NCBI GenBank assembly: GCA_964016885.1
Contig: OZ024747.1
Coordinates: 5,580,001 to 5,644,000 of the forward strand
Reading direction: 5' to 3'
Length of the DNA stretch: 64,000 nt
Source of the DNA: Eledone cirrhosa
Taxonomy: Eukaryota
In this document: piece after piece, positions 1 to 10,735 of the stretch
How positions within the stretch are numbered: position 1 is the first letter of the stretch
Layout of the letters: the number at the start of each line of letters is the position of its first letter
The notes under the pieces: model-generated
The model's database searches: none
Seen by the model: only the letters and a program-made list of their open reading frames with translations
What the model was told of the DNA's origin: nothing
Position numbers and translations under genes: made by a program

Positions 1-7
1 TGAAACA

Positions 8-63
8 ATAATTGTTTCTACTTTAGGCACAAGGCCAGCAATTATCCCAGTGTATTACTGGTA
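8..63 (-). mobile_element. SINE family A, 3' tail fragment
   Basis: ataattgtttctactttaggcacaaggccagcaattatcccagtgtattactggta closely matches the reverse complement of the tail of the full copy at 51389-51574. Confidence 0.8.
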
Positions 64-148
64 AACAGTAGCAATAATTGGAATAATAACAGTTGTTATA
101 TATATTTATGTGTATATATATATATAATGTTATATAAGTTTATATATA

Positions 149-373
149 AGTAGAAGGAGTATTTAATTTGTTGGAAGTCCAACAAATATAAATGTTTATA
201 ACTGATTTAGAGCACTCAACAAGTTACTGGAGTAAATATTCAATGATATTAAATAAATGGAAACTATATTTATAAAACCATATTTATTACTCCAGTAACT
301 TGTTGAGTGCTCTAAATCAGTTATAAACATTTATATTTGTCGGACTTCCAACAAATTAAATACCCCTTCTACT
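149..373. repeat. Inverted repeat with ~88-bp arms (149-236 / 287-373); fold-back family F1 tail
   Basis: agtagaaggagtatttaatttgttggaagtcc...gttactggagtaa pairs with ttactccagtaac...ggacttccaacaaattaaataccccttctact. The spacer 244-288 matches 400-444. TA-rich or (TA)n tracts lie on both sides. Confidence 0.9.
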
Positions 374-440
374 TGTATATATATATATATATATATATAC
401 AATATTAAATAAATGGAAACTATATTTATAAAACCATATT

Positions 441-506
441 TATTTCATTATATATATTTCGGGGATATCATATTAACAATATGCTATGCCTTCCTCAGAC
501 AAAATA
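441..506 (-). ncRNA. Minimal type I hammerhead ribozyme motif (mirror copy in the palindrome's left arm)
   Basis: Reverse complement of 664-729. Confidence 0.6.
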
Positions 507-663
507 CAATATAAACAGTTTTATAGATAAATAGATTCGACATACCGTTATAACACCGACTTCCATTTGAAGAGGTTTAAGCTGCCAGCTTAAACATCTT
601 CAAATGGAAGTCGGTGTTATAACGGTATGTCGAATCTATTTATCTATAAAACTGTTTATATTG

Positions 664-729
664 TATTTTGTCTGAGGAAGGCATAGCATATTGTTAATAT
701 GATATCCCCGAAATATATATAATGAAATA
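664..729 (+). ncRNA. Minimal type I hammerhead ribozyme motif
   Basis: Stem I tattttgt/atgaaata (two G-U pairs). Core CUGAGGA 672-678. Imperfect stem II ggcatagcatatt-gtt-aatatgatatcccc. GAAA 710-713. 2-bp stem III with palindromic loop AUAU. AUA triplet, predicted cut after 721. Confidence 0.65.
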
Positions 730-859
730 AATATGGTTTTATAAATATAGTTTCCATTTATTTAATATTGTAAATATACTCCAAATATTTGTCGAGTGCT
801 TTTATATCAGTTATAAATATTTACTAGTTGTAACCCAACAATTTTAAATATAACTTTCC

Positions 860-927
<68 letters not shown>

Positions 928-1066
928 GAATGTATAAATCCCTACATCATTGTTATATAGTTATGGCTGTCAATGTTGGCTGGTAAATATTTTCTTTTCC
1001 ACTTCAAAGTGTAAGAACATAAATGCTAAATCTCTGATTCCATTTTCATTCGAAAGTCTTTGTTTG

Positions 1067-1169
1067 ACTTTGCCTTTCATCCTTACGGGGTCGATAAAAT
1101 AAAGTACCAGTAATGCACTGGGTAATTGCTGGCCTTGTGCCTAACGTAGAAACAATTATTATTATTATT
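1067..1169 (+). mobile_element. SINE family A, 3' half (Meta-domain-like core) with (ATT)n tail
   Basis: gactttgcctttcatccttacggggtcgataaaataaagtaccagtaatgcactgggtaattgctggccttgtgcc...gaaacaattattatt. Confidence 0.85.
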
Positions 1170-1302
1170 AGTTGTAGTAGTAGTGATGGTAGTGTTGTTG
1201 TTATTGTTGTTATCATCATCAACTGTTCTTTACCTCTGTCTCGCCCCCACCCCCTCTAAAGGTAATTTCTTTTCATGCTGTATCAAAACACTAGTTGTAT
1301 GT

Positions 1303-1307
1303 ACACA

Positions 1308-1376
<69 letters not shown>

Positions 1377-1399
1377 ACACACACATATACATACATACA

Positions 1400-1435
<36 letters not shown>

Positions 1436-1440
1436 TATAT
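1303..1440. repeat. (CA)n/(TACA)n/(TA)n microsatellite
   Basis: Directly visible. Confidence 0.95.
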
Positions 1441-2371
1441 CAGAGAAGAAATTCCAAACATGGAAGCATGGCCTAGAATCGAAAGGCCTTAAAATTAACC
1501 TGTCTAAGACTAACCTGTCTAAGACTAAAGTTCTAGTTTGTAGGAAGGAAAATAGGGCACTGGTCCCATCTGGGAAATGGCCATGCTCAGTGTGAATGAA
1601 AAAAGTAGGCAGAAACTCCATTTTATGTCCCAAATGCAAAGTATGGGTGCATAAAAGATGTAGTGGGATCGCAGGTAAGCTAACTAAGAACATAGATTTT
1701 ATATGTGGCCGGTGCTCAGGTGCAATAAGTTGCAGCAAGTGCCCACAGAATACTAGCTCATTCCATTGCACAGATGGTTCTATAGAAATAGTGGACACCT
1801 TCCGTTACCTGGGTGACAAAATCAGCAGTGGTGGAGGGTGCTCTGAAAGTACAGTAGCTAGAGTCAGAACGGGATGGAAAAAGTTCAGAGAGCTTATACC
1901 ACTATTGGCCGCTAAAGGTTTCTCTCTAAAAATGAAAGGCAGGCTGTATGATGCCTGCATACGAACAGCAATGTTACATGGCAGTGAGACTTGGGCATTG
2001 TGTGCAGAGGATATACGCAGATTGGAGAGAAACGAAGCTTGCATGCTCCGCTGGATGTGTAATAGTAATATACGTGAACGGCAAAGCATAAATGAACTAA
2101 AGGAGAAATTAGGAATAAGAGGGATCAGATGTTGTTTGCTCGAGAGAAGACTACGTTGGTATGGTCACGTAATGCGCATGAAAGACGACAGCTGTATAAA
2201 AAAAAGTGCAGGGCATTAAAAATAGACGGTAGCCACGGAGTAGGCAGACCCAGAAAAACCTCGGACGACTTGATAAATTCCGACCTCACACACTTAGACC
2301 TCTCCAAGACAATGTCACTGGACCGAGATCTTTGGCGCTACACAGTAATACAGAAGACCCGCCTTGCCTAA
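1441..2371 (+). pseudogene. Disrupted RTE ORF (RT C-terminal/thumb region with embedded C4HC3 PHD-like finger)
   Basis: In-frame TGA at 1593-1595 where Cys is expected (CSV*). A 15-bp tandem duplication (NLSKT twice). A frameshift in the A-run near 2200. Stop TAA at 2369-2371. Confidence 0.85.
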
Positions 2372-2763
2372 GTACAAAGCGAAACCTACAGTCAGTAGGC
2401 ACCTCTAACAAAAATACACCCCCGTCCCACTACCCCCACCCCATCCACACCACCCCTTTCGATGTAAAGTTATGTTGGTACCACAGCATCCAGTCCGAAA
2501 CAAATGAGGTCGTGTAGGTGTCACGACAAAAAAACTCACAGTCCACGCTGTAATGTGGCCCGTGTAGGTAACACGGTAAAAACCTCCCAGTCCACACTGT
2601 AAACGTGGTTGGTGTTAGGAAGGGCATCCAGCCGTAGAAAACCCGCCAGTCAGTCCTATACGAGCAAGACAACCAATCTTGCTTCAAGTGGGAAAATTCC
2701 CGTCCAAACCCATGCTAGCGTGGAAGATGGACGTTAAACGATGATGATGATGATGATGATGAT
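1441..2763 (+). mobile_element. 5'-truncated RTE-clade LINE: RT C-terminal region, 3' UTR and (GAT)n tail
   Basis: Translation shows RTE motifs GLKINLSKTKV, FRYLG, RVRTGWKKFREL, LYDACIRTAMLHGSETWAL, RRLRWYGHVMRM and GRPRKT. The 3' end is gttaggaagggcatccagccgtagaaa...ggacgttaaacgatgatgat. Confidence 0.92.
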
Positions 2764-3119
2764 ACAGGTACTTAATTTTGGATGAGTTTGGGACCCCAAC
2801 TCATTTTTCTTATGACAGACTATATATATATATATGTGTGTGTGTGTTTCACCCAAAACAGAGCCACACCATGCCCAGGCTGTCGTATATATTAGTATAA
2901 AGTTAAATGAAGAAGAAATATAGGTACATTTAAGAATGTTTGATATTTATGTCTATCATAAACTCAACAATGTCCTCCGTGACAGGATAGAGTTTCAACC
3001 AGTAATCGAAACTGATTTCTGCACATTCCTTGAAGGATAGGTTACCCCAACGGTAGTTTCTTTTGGTGTTAAGGCTTAGGACAATATATATACAAGGCGA
3101 TATTGTTTCTTCTGGCACT

Positions 3120-3529
3120 CTGCACTAAGTTCAAATCTGCACTAAATTCAAATCTGTACGAAGTTCAAATCTGCACTAAATTCAAATCTGTACGAAGTTC
3201 AAATCTGTACTAAGTTCAAATCTGCACTAAATTCAAATCTACACTAAGTTCAAATCTGTACGAAGTTCAAATCTGTACTAAGTTCAAATCTGCACTAAGT
3301 TCAAATCTGCACTAAGTTCAAATCTGTACGAAGTTCAAATCTGTACTAAGTTCAAATCTGTATGAAGTTCAAATCTGTATGAAGTTCAAATCTGTACGAA
3401 GTTCAAATCTGTACGAAGTTCAAATTTGTACGAAGTTCAAATCTGTACGAAGTTCAAATTTGTACGAAGTTCAAATCTGTACGAAGTTCAAATTTGTACG
3501 AAGTTCAAATCTGTACGAAGTTCAAATCC
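3120..3529 (+). repeat. 17-bp minisatellite (aagttcaaatctgtacg / aagttcaaatctgcact), ~24 copies
   Basis: Directly visible. The ORF repeats every 17 aa, i.e. 3 x 17 nt. Confidence 0.95.
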
Positions 3530-4182
3530 GATGTGTGCGTTTTATAAGAGGGGATGTCGTTTGAGTGAAATTTGGCTAATATGTCTAGCAGGTTAATCGG
3601 CTCCGTATAAAGAAGTTATTTAGGTTGGTTGGCAGGGAGATACGTCAGGTGAAGGGGTGGTTAGTGAAGAGGTAGGTAGATAGGTAGGAAGATGGGTGTG
3701 GGGTAAAGTAAGAGGGGACACGAAGGTGGGTATGTAGGGACGTTGGTTAGATTGCTGGGGAGATATGAAGGGAAGGGTGCAGGCGTTAAGCAAACCCGAC
3801 CCAGATGTGTGTACTTTGTATTAATATTCAGCACATATGGTGTGCACTTAACATATTGTACACATGTTGAACTCAAATGGCTATACCCTCCACCCAATAC
3901 CCGACCACCCTGCAATTTCAACCGACTAACCAGCCAGCCTAACCAGCCAACCAACCAGTCACCCAACCAACTATACCAACCAAGAAGCCAACCAGCTATA
4001 CCTTAGAAAATAGAATTGAGACGGAAAATAACCAGCGGTTGCTAGGAGGATTCGAACCTAATATCTCTCGTAGCGACCGCTTGCCACTTTCTCACGTCGT
4101 TATCTGATGTTCTAAACTATATATAGTACCCCACTGTAATTACACACACACACGTATATCTATAAAATGTGTGTGTGTGTGC

Positions 4183-4231
<49 letters not shown>

Positions 4232-4417
4232 TTTGTATGTATGTATGTTTTTATATATATGTATATATAAATAAACAACCGTGGTTTACCCCTAATAACT
4301 ATATAGATGTGGTAGATAAACAACCACATTTGGGACCAACTTAACATACTCTTAGAGGCATTTACCGTAACTAGGTTTGTTTTTGTGAAGTTTACGGTGA
4401 AGGAGATGTTAATATTA

Positions 4418-4665
4418 AGTCTTAAAACTCAGAATAACATAGTTTTTATTACAGTTAACATGTTAATAAGTCTTAAATATTAAAAGATCATAGTTTCTAT
4501 CATAGTTTATATGTTATTATAATGTCTTAAATATTAAAAGATCATAGTTTCTATCATAGTTTATATGTTATTATAATGTCTTAAATATTAAACAGTCATA
4601 GTTTTGAACATAGTTAATATAAGTTGATAAAAACATTAAATATTAAAAGAACATAATTGTAATCA
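4418..4665. repeat. AT-rich ~52-bp tandem repeat, 4-5 copies (two near-identical)
   Basis: gtcttaaatattaaaagatcatagtttctatcatagtttatatgttattataat is repeated, with degenerate outer copies. Confidence 0.85.
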
Positions 4666-4934
4666 CAGAAGTTAGTAAAATGATTTAGATTTTAATCTCA
4701 GTTAATAGACGTTAGTATAAGGTTTTAAATCTTAGAAGAAACGTGTTTCAACTACTGTTACGGGTGAACAACAATACATAGATTGTTAATTAGAGTGAAA
4801 CAGTTTCCTCGTTGATCCACTGATCAAGATATGTACAATACGTGGGTAGACCAATCCTCCTTTGTATAACTGAAATCTCTAATTAACTGAGACGTCTAAA
4901 TGTTAAGTAGCATGACTTGTGTCACAGGCGATAT

Positions 4935-5025
4935 GTTGTTGTCATCGTCATTGTCTTTACTGTTATTTAGCCCTAGGCAAAACTTGATCTCCCGGGCTTA
5001 TGATTAAAGGCGTTCTAACCTTTTT
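4935..5025 (-). mobile_element. SINE-like family B, 3' tail fragment
   Basis: tttagccctaggcaaaacttgatc...ttatgattaaaggcgttctaacc resembles 58630-58695 and the reverse complement of 52825-52895. Confidence 0.55.
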
Positions 5026-5084
5026 GTAGATATCTGGTACCATGTTGACTAATATGTGCTTTCTTTAGAGTAAGGAATTAAACC

Positions 5085-5290
5085 CTTCTTCTTCTTCGCC
5101 CACTTATCCCTGAGAGGGTCATTTGGGCAGAGTCCTCAAACACTCCTTCCAACGGGTCCTGTGAGAAGCAACCATCTCAAACTGATCCCGCTGGATCCCC
5201 AAGTTAGACAAGCCAAGCTCATGGATGTTATCCAACCATCTTGCTCGGGGTCTACCTCTGGGTTGCCTGCTTGTTGGTTTTGCATGTAAG
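5085..5290 (-). mobile_element. 3' end of a second RTE-clade LINE (Expander/Rex3-like) with (GAA)n tail
   Basis: The minus strand translates LHAKPTSRQPRGRPRARWLDNIHELGLSNLGIQRDQFEMVASHRTRWKECLRTLPK*, followed by ggataagtgggcgaagaagaagaag. Confidence 0.85.
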
Positions 5291-5480
5291 CCCTAATCGT
5301 AAAATTTAGGTGTAAACCGCCATGTGTTCTATAGGTACACGTACCTTCAACGCCAAATCACAGACAAACCCAGTATGACATCAGGTGACACGACTTGACC
5401 ATTGAATTACAGGTAACAATATAGAAGAGAAGAGAGAGAGAGGGAGGGGTGGACAAAACTACAGGACTGATATGTTATCT

Positions 5481-5540
5481 GTTGACCCCGAAAGACAAAG
5501 GTGACATCAACGGAATTTGAACTCAGAGCAGAGAAGCAAT
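5481..5540 (-). mobile_element. Degenerate SINE family A-type fragment
   Basis: gaccccgaaagacaaaggtgacatcaacggaatttgaactcagag (B-box gagttcaaattcc on the minus strand). Confidence 0.6.
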
Positions 5541-5814
5541 CAATCCGCGGCTCCCGTGACCTGGCTCTTCCACTACAAATAAATAATGACAGAGGAAGGA
5601 AAGGTTTGCGTGTCCATTAACATTAACTATTGAATGGTTTTAAAGTAATAGTGGTGTGTCTATACATGGTGTGTCCCCGTGTGTCCGTGTGTCCGTGTGT
5701 GTGTGTGTGTGTGTGTGTGAATTTATACGGTGTGTATATAGCTTCATTGTAGAATTACTAGAGTAAGGTTGGAAGTAATCTTAACGAGCCGGTGTCAGGT
5801 ATCGGTTGAATTGG

Positions 5815-6376
5815 TGTCAATGTGTGTGTCTGTGCCAATGTGTGTGTGTGTGTGTGTGTGTATGTGCCAATGTGTGTGTGTCTGTGCCAATGTGTGTATG
5901 TGTGTACCAATGTGTGTGTGCCAATGTGTATGTGTCTGTGCCAATGTGTGTGTGTGTGTGCCAATGTGTCTGTGCCAATTTGTGTGTGTATGTGTGTCTG
6001 TGCCAATGTGTGTCTGTGCCAATGTGTGTGTGTGCCAATGTGTGTGTGTGTCAATGTGTATGTGTCAATGTCTGTGCCAATGTGTGTCAATGTGTGTGTG
6101 TCAATGTGTGTGTCAATGTGTCTGTGTCAATGTGTGTGTCAATGTATCTGTGTCAATGTGTGTGTGTCAATGTGCATGTGTCAATGTGTGTGTGTCAATG
6201 TGCCTGTGTCAATGTGTGTGTGTCAATGTGTCTGTGTCAATGTGTGTGTGTGTCAATGTGTGTGTGTGTGTCAATGTGTGTGTGTGCGTCAATGTGTGTG
6301 TGTCAATGTGTGTGTGTGTGTGTGTGTGTCGATGTGTGTGTGTCAATGTGCCTGTGTCAATGTGTGTGTGTGTGTG
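5815..6376. repeat. Compound (TG)n-CCAA/TCAA minisatellite
   Basis: Units tgtgtgtgccaa grade into tgtgtgtcaa at ~6050. Confidence 0.95.
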
Positions 6377-6599
6377 AAAAGAAAGAATGGAACCACGTTT
6401 TCCTCTCTCTCTCTGCCTCACAGTCCTCCCCTCTCACTATCTCAGCCTCACCGTAGGTCATCTGATTCTATCATGTGACCATCGGCCGACGGTGGGGGTT
6501 AACAACACTGACACCGTGTTGGGACTAATGGCGTCTGGCATATCACAGGCAATGTTCAGATGTCTGTCATAAAAGTCTGTATTCTTGTCTACACATTGA

Positions 6600-7146
<547 letters not shown>

Positions 7147-7149
7147 AAA

Positions 7150-7500
7150 TATATGTAAATATACCAAAATAAAACAAGGAAGGACGAGTGGTTACTCCTT
7201 CATTACGTTTATTGGTTGGTATGATAATGATCATTTTTTTCATTACTATTATAAGGAGTCTGACGAGCCGTGGATTACAGAGTCGGGCTAGATCGATACA
7301 GATCGAACCTTGAGCTGATCAGTGGTGAAACACGCGTCACCAACCAATAAATGTAATGAATGAGTAACCAATCGTCCTGGTTATCTTTTCACTATAATAC
7401 ACTCTGTCTAGCTCTACACCTCGACACTGAAGTGAACTTAAACATCGAGTGCTCACCCGGGTGAACCTACAGTAACTCCAAGTTACACTCCCTGGATATA
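7150..7500 (+). mobile_element. Fold-back Penelope-like pLTR fragment (family F3) with 40-bp inverted arms 7181-7220 / 7339-7378
   Basis: The arms match at 37/40. A hammerhead core lies between them and AATAAA follows it. TA-rich tracts flank the element. Confidence 0.65.
7255..7345 (+). ncRNA. Hammerhead ribozyme-like motif with long stem II
   Basis: CUGACGA 7260-7266. Stem II gccgt-g-gatta / tgatc-a-gtggt. GAAAC-ACGC-GUC 7327-7338. Local stem I is only 2 bp, so it is probably degenerate. Confidence 0.55.
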
Positions 7501-7830
7501 TATGTAAATATGTAGGTGGATACCCATTGAATATGAGGAGGTGAACACAGCTTAAATGGTACTCAATACGTTAGTAGAGTATAGGCATAATTATTTTATT
7601 ATAGAAGTGGCTCCTACATGACTAGAACTGTTTCATTCGTAAGAATCATCCTTGTTATTTCTTACGAGTGAAAGTGCGTGAGTGAATCCCTGAACAAGTA
7701 TGACTGATGAAATTAAAGACGGATTATTGGTGTGGGGTGGGGTGGGCTTGTGGGGTGGTGGGTGGGGTGGGGTCTGTTTAGTTCAGAAACCAGTTTCTGT
7801 GCACCTTAAAGAGAATACATTGAAACACAA

Positions 7831-8222
<392 letters not shown>

Positions 8223-8634
8223 ACTCGACACTCACATTGCAGTATTTCGCCCTATAATATTTAGGCGTCCTATTATGTAAGCGGTGTCGAATACTAAATG
8301 GAAAAAAAAAAAAAAACTTTGATGTATGTGAGTATGTGTATGATGGTGATTTTTGTGTGCTTCTGCTTATGTCTGTATGTGAGTGCTTTTGTGAGGTGTG
8401 CGTGTGTGGTTTCTGTCGTAGCAATAACATCTCCATAACAAGCACTTCTCCGTTTACTAATTACACAAGGACAAAACATTTAGAAGAAAAGAACATATTA
8501 CACCGCTGAACCTTGAGCTCGGTTGTCATTGACGAACGACAGCGTTCTAGTTAGTAGTTGATGGCTCATTGCCAACTTTTAGTGGTGAATGCTTTAGACA
8601 TTGGCTGGCATAGGATGACGATCACCTAGAAATA

Positions 8635-8905
8635 TGTATGGCCTAATAGTAAGAGTGTTGGACTTACAATCATAATGTCGTAGATTCGGTTCTCTGGACT
8701 TGCTTTTCTGTTGTGTCTTGGGTTGGGCAAAATCACTTCATTTCTCGTTGCTCCAATATACTCAACTGAAAATAAGTACCAGCAATAGCTGGTGGCATGA
8801 TCTTGCGATGGCCTGGCCTCCTGTCCAGGCAGAATTCTTGTTTTCTCAGTTGATTAACGCCACGAAAACTGGGATAAGCACCGACCTGGTGAGCCTTCAG
8901 CCTCC
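8635..8905 (+). mobile_element. Degenerate tRNA-derived SINE family C (CORE-like)
   Basis: A-box-like tggcctaatagtaagag and B-box-like gattcggttctc, then tgtgtcttggg...ggcaaaatcacttcatttctcgttgctcc; similar to 56030-56135 and 59180-59280. Confidence 0.6.
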
Positions 8906-9298
8906 AGACAGATTTTAGACTTAAAGAAAAGTTGTCCATCAGCAAAACGCATTCAGTTTCAAGTACTCGAGCCTGGGCTCTGCTCTAACAATAATTTCCT
9001 CCCCTCCTCCTACGAATCACATAAAATTTGAAAAATATTGTTCCGAGTTAAAATCTCACGGGTGGGGGAGAGGGGGATCATCTTCGCCTTTCATCCACAT
9101 TTTCCTGATATAATTGATAAGTTAAATATTAGGAAAATCTGCTTCGTAGAATCAAGACGTATCTGAGGACCTTGCGTTTTCAGAGTCAGGTTCGATCATC
9201 ACATCGATCGTGCCTCGAGCTGGTCGCCAGAGAAACGATTGTAATATGTCCAATAAATTCCATTCGTCGCAACACTGATTCTCTTTTTTTTCTGTGAG

Positions 9299-9350
<52 letters not shown>

Positions 9351-9351
<1 letters not shown>

Positions 9352-9520
9352 AAACGAAGGAAGTGTGGTAAGGAACCAGGTGGACCATTACGCACCAAAG
9401 TACTAGATACTGGATAGTAGAGTGGGTAATAGGAAAAGAGTCAGGACCCCGACAGCTGAGTTCAGACCTAGCTGTTGAAACGGCCGGAGCTCAACCGTCG
9501 AGGTCCTAACTCTTTTCCTA
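9351..9520. mobile_element. Fold-back element family F2, copy 1 (arms 9430-9463 / 9487-9520), within (TA)n
   Basis: Homologous to 56252-56445 and 57802-58010. taggaaaagagtcaggaccccgac pairs with gtcgaggtcctaactcttttccta. Confidence 0.75.
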
Positions 9521-9532
9521 TATATATATATT

Positions 9533-9564
<32 letters not shown>

Positions 9565-9786
9565 CGGTGTCGGAATGGCTGCAAGGCCTGTATTCTTAGA
9601 TCTACCTATTACTTCAGTACTGACAGGGAATAATTTACAACTTATATAATTATTGATGTTCTTGTTTCTGTTGCTGTACCTTTCACTATGTAAAAAACAA
9701 AAACAAAAAAACTTCCACTCACAAGAGAAAGTTCTATGTCAGTAAGTATTCAGAAATGTTCTCAACAGAAAAGAAAATCTGGTTTG

Positions 9787-9827
<41 letters not shown>

Positions 9828-10059
9828 ACCACTACTACCACCGACTAGTGACCATCTAGACTAGACAGTCCTCACTAAATAGATTATCACGGACTAATAT
9901 CCCTTCCTTAATACTTCCTATATTTATTTTACTTTTCTGCAATGTCCGACTCGTTTATTTTTTGTGTGTGTTTTATTTTGTTCACTTTTATAACTTCGTG
10001 TCTTGCATGTAAAAATAACCGCGTTATATTTGCATATTCCTCGTAAACTCACGCACTTA

Positions 10060-10145
10060 AATGTATGCATATATACGTGTGTGTATGTGTGTGTGTGTGT
10101 ATCTATCTACCTATGCATGTATGAATCTCTCTCTCGCTCTCTCTC

Positions 10146-10187
<42 letters not shown>

Positions 10188-10200
10188 CACACACACACAC

Positions 10201-10287
<87 letters not shown>

Positions 10288-10735
10288 TAGTATAATATAT
10301 AATATATATGTGTGTGTGTGTCTACATATGTATGTATACATGTATGAATGTCTGTATGTATATGTATATACACCCCCACACACACATATATATATATAAG
10401 TATAATATATAATATATATGTGTGTGTGGGTGGGTGGGTTATAGAACTCTTAAATCTACTCCAGAGAAATAGAATTACACACAAACGGGCCAATAGTAGA
10501 CATCAACACACATAACATAGATGAGTGAGTGTTTAAAAGATATTATATGTGTGTGCGTATATATATCTATACATCTGTGTGTGTGTGTGAGAGAGAGAGA
10601 TTATGTGTGTGTGTACGTGTGTAAGAGAGATTATATATATATACATATACATATGAGTCTGTGTTTACAATGAATATGCAAATATAGCGTATATATAGCG
10701 TATATATATATATATAGTGTGTGTGTATAGAGAGA
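10060..10735. repeat. Microsatellite cluster (TG, CT, CA, TA, GA)
   Basis: Directly visible. Confidence 0.85.

Larger units (their letters stand above)
398..772. repeat. Near-perfect 375-bp palindrome centred on 585 (fold-back element F1, Penelope-like pLTR)
   Basis: Centre gtttaagctg-c-cagcttaaac. The arms pair out to 398/772 with one mismatch noticed (574/596). The right arm continues to ~860 with a diverged F1 tail, then (TA)n. Confidence 0.92.

Noticed and set aside
3783-3820. Faint 5S rRNA-like gttaagca...gtactt
   Set aside because: The similarity is too short and gapped to distinguish from chance.
5758-6478. Cys/Val-rich metallothionein- or keratin-associated-like ORFs
   Set aside because: Translation of a (TG)n-CAA minisatellite.
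9150-9295. Possible minus-strand exon (EKKENQCCDEWNLLDILQSFLWRPARG...)
   Set aside because: No recognisable protein, the acceptor lacks a polypyrimidine tract, and all frames stop within ~50 codons.
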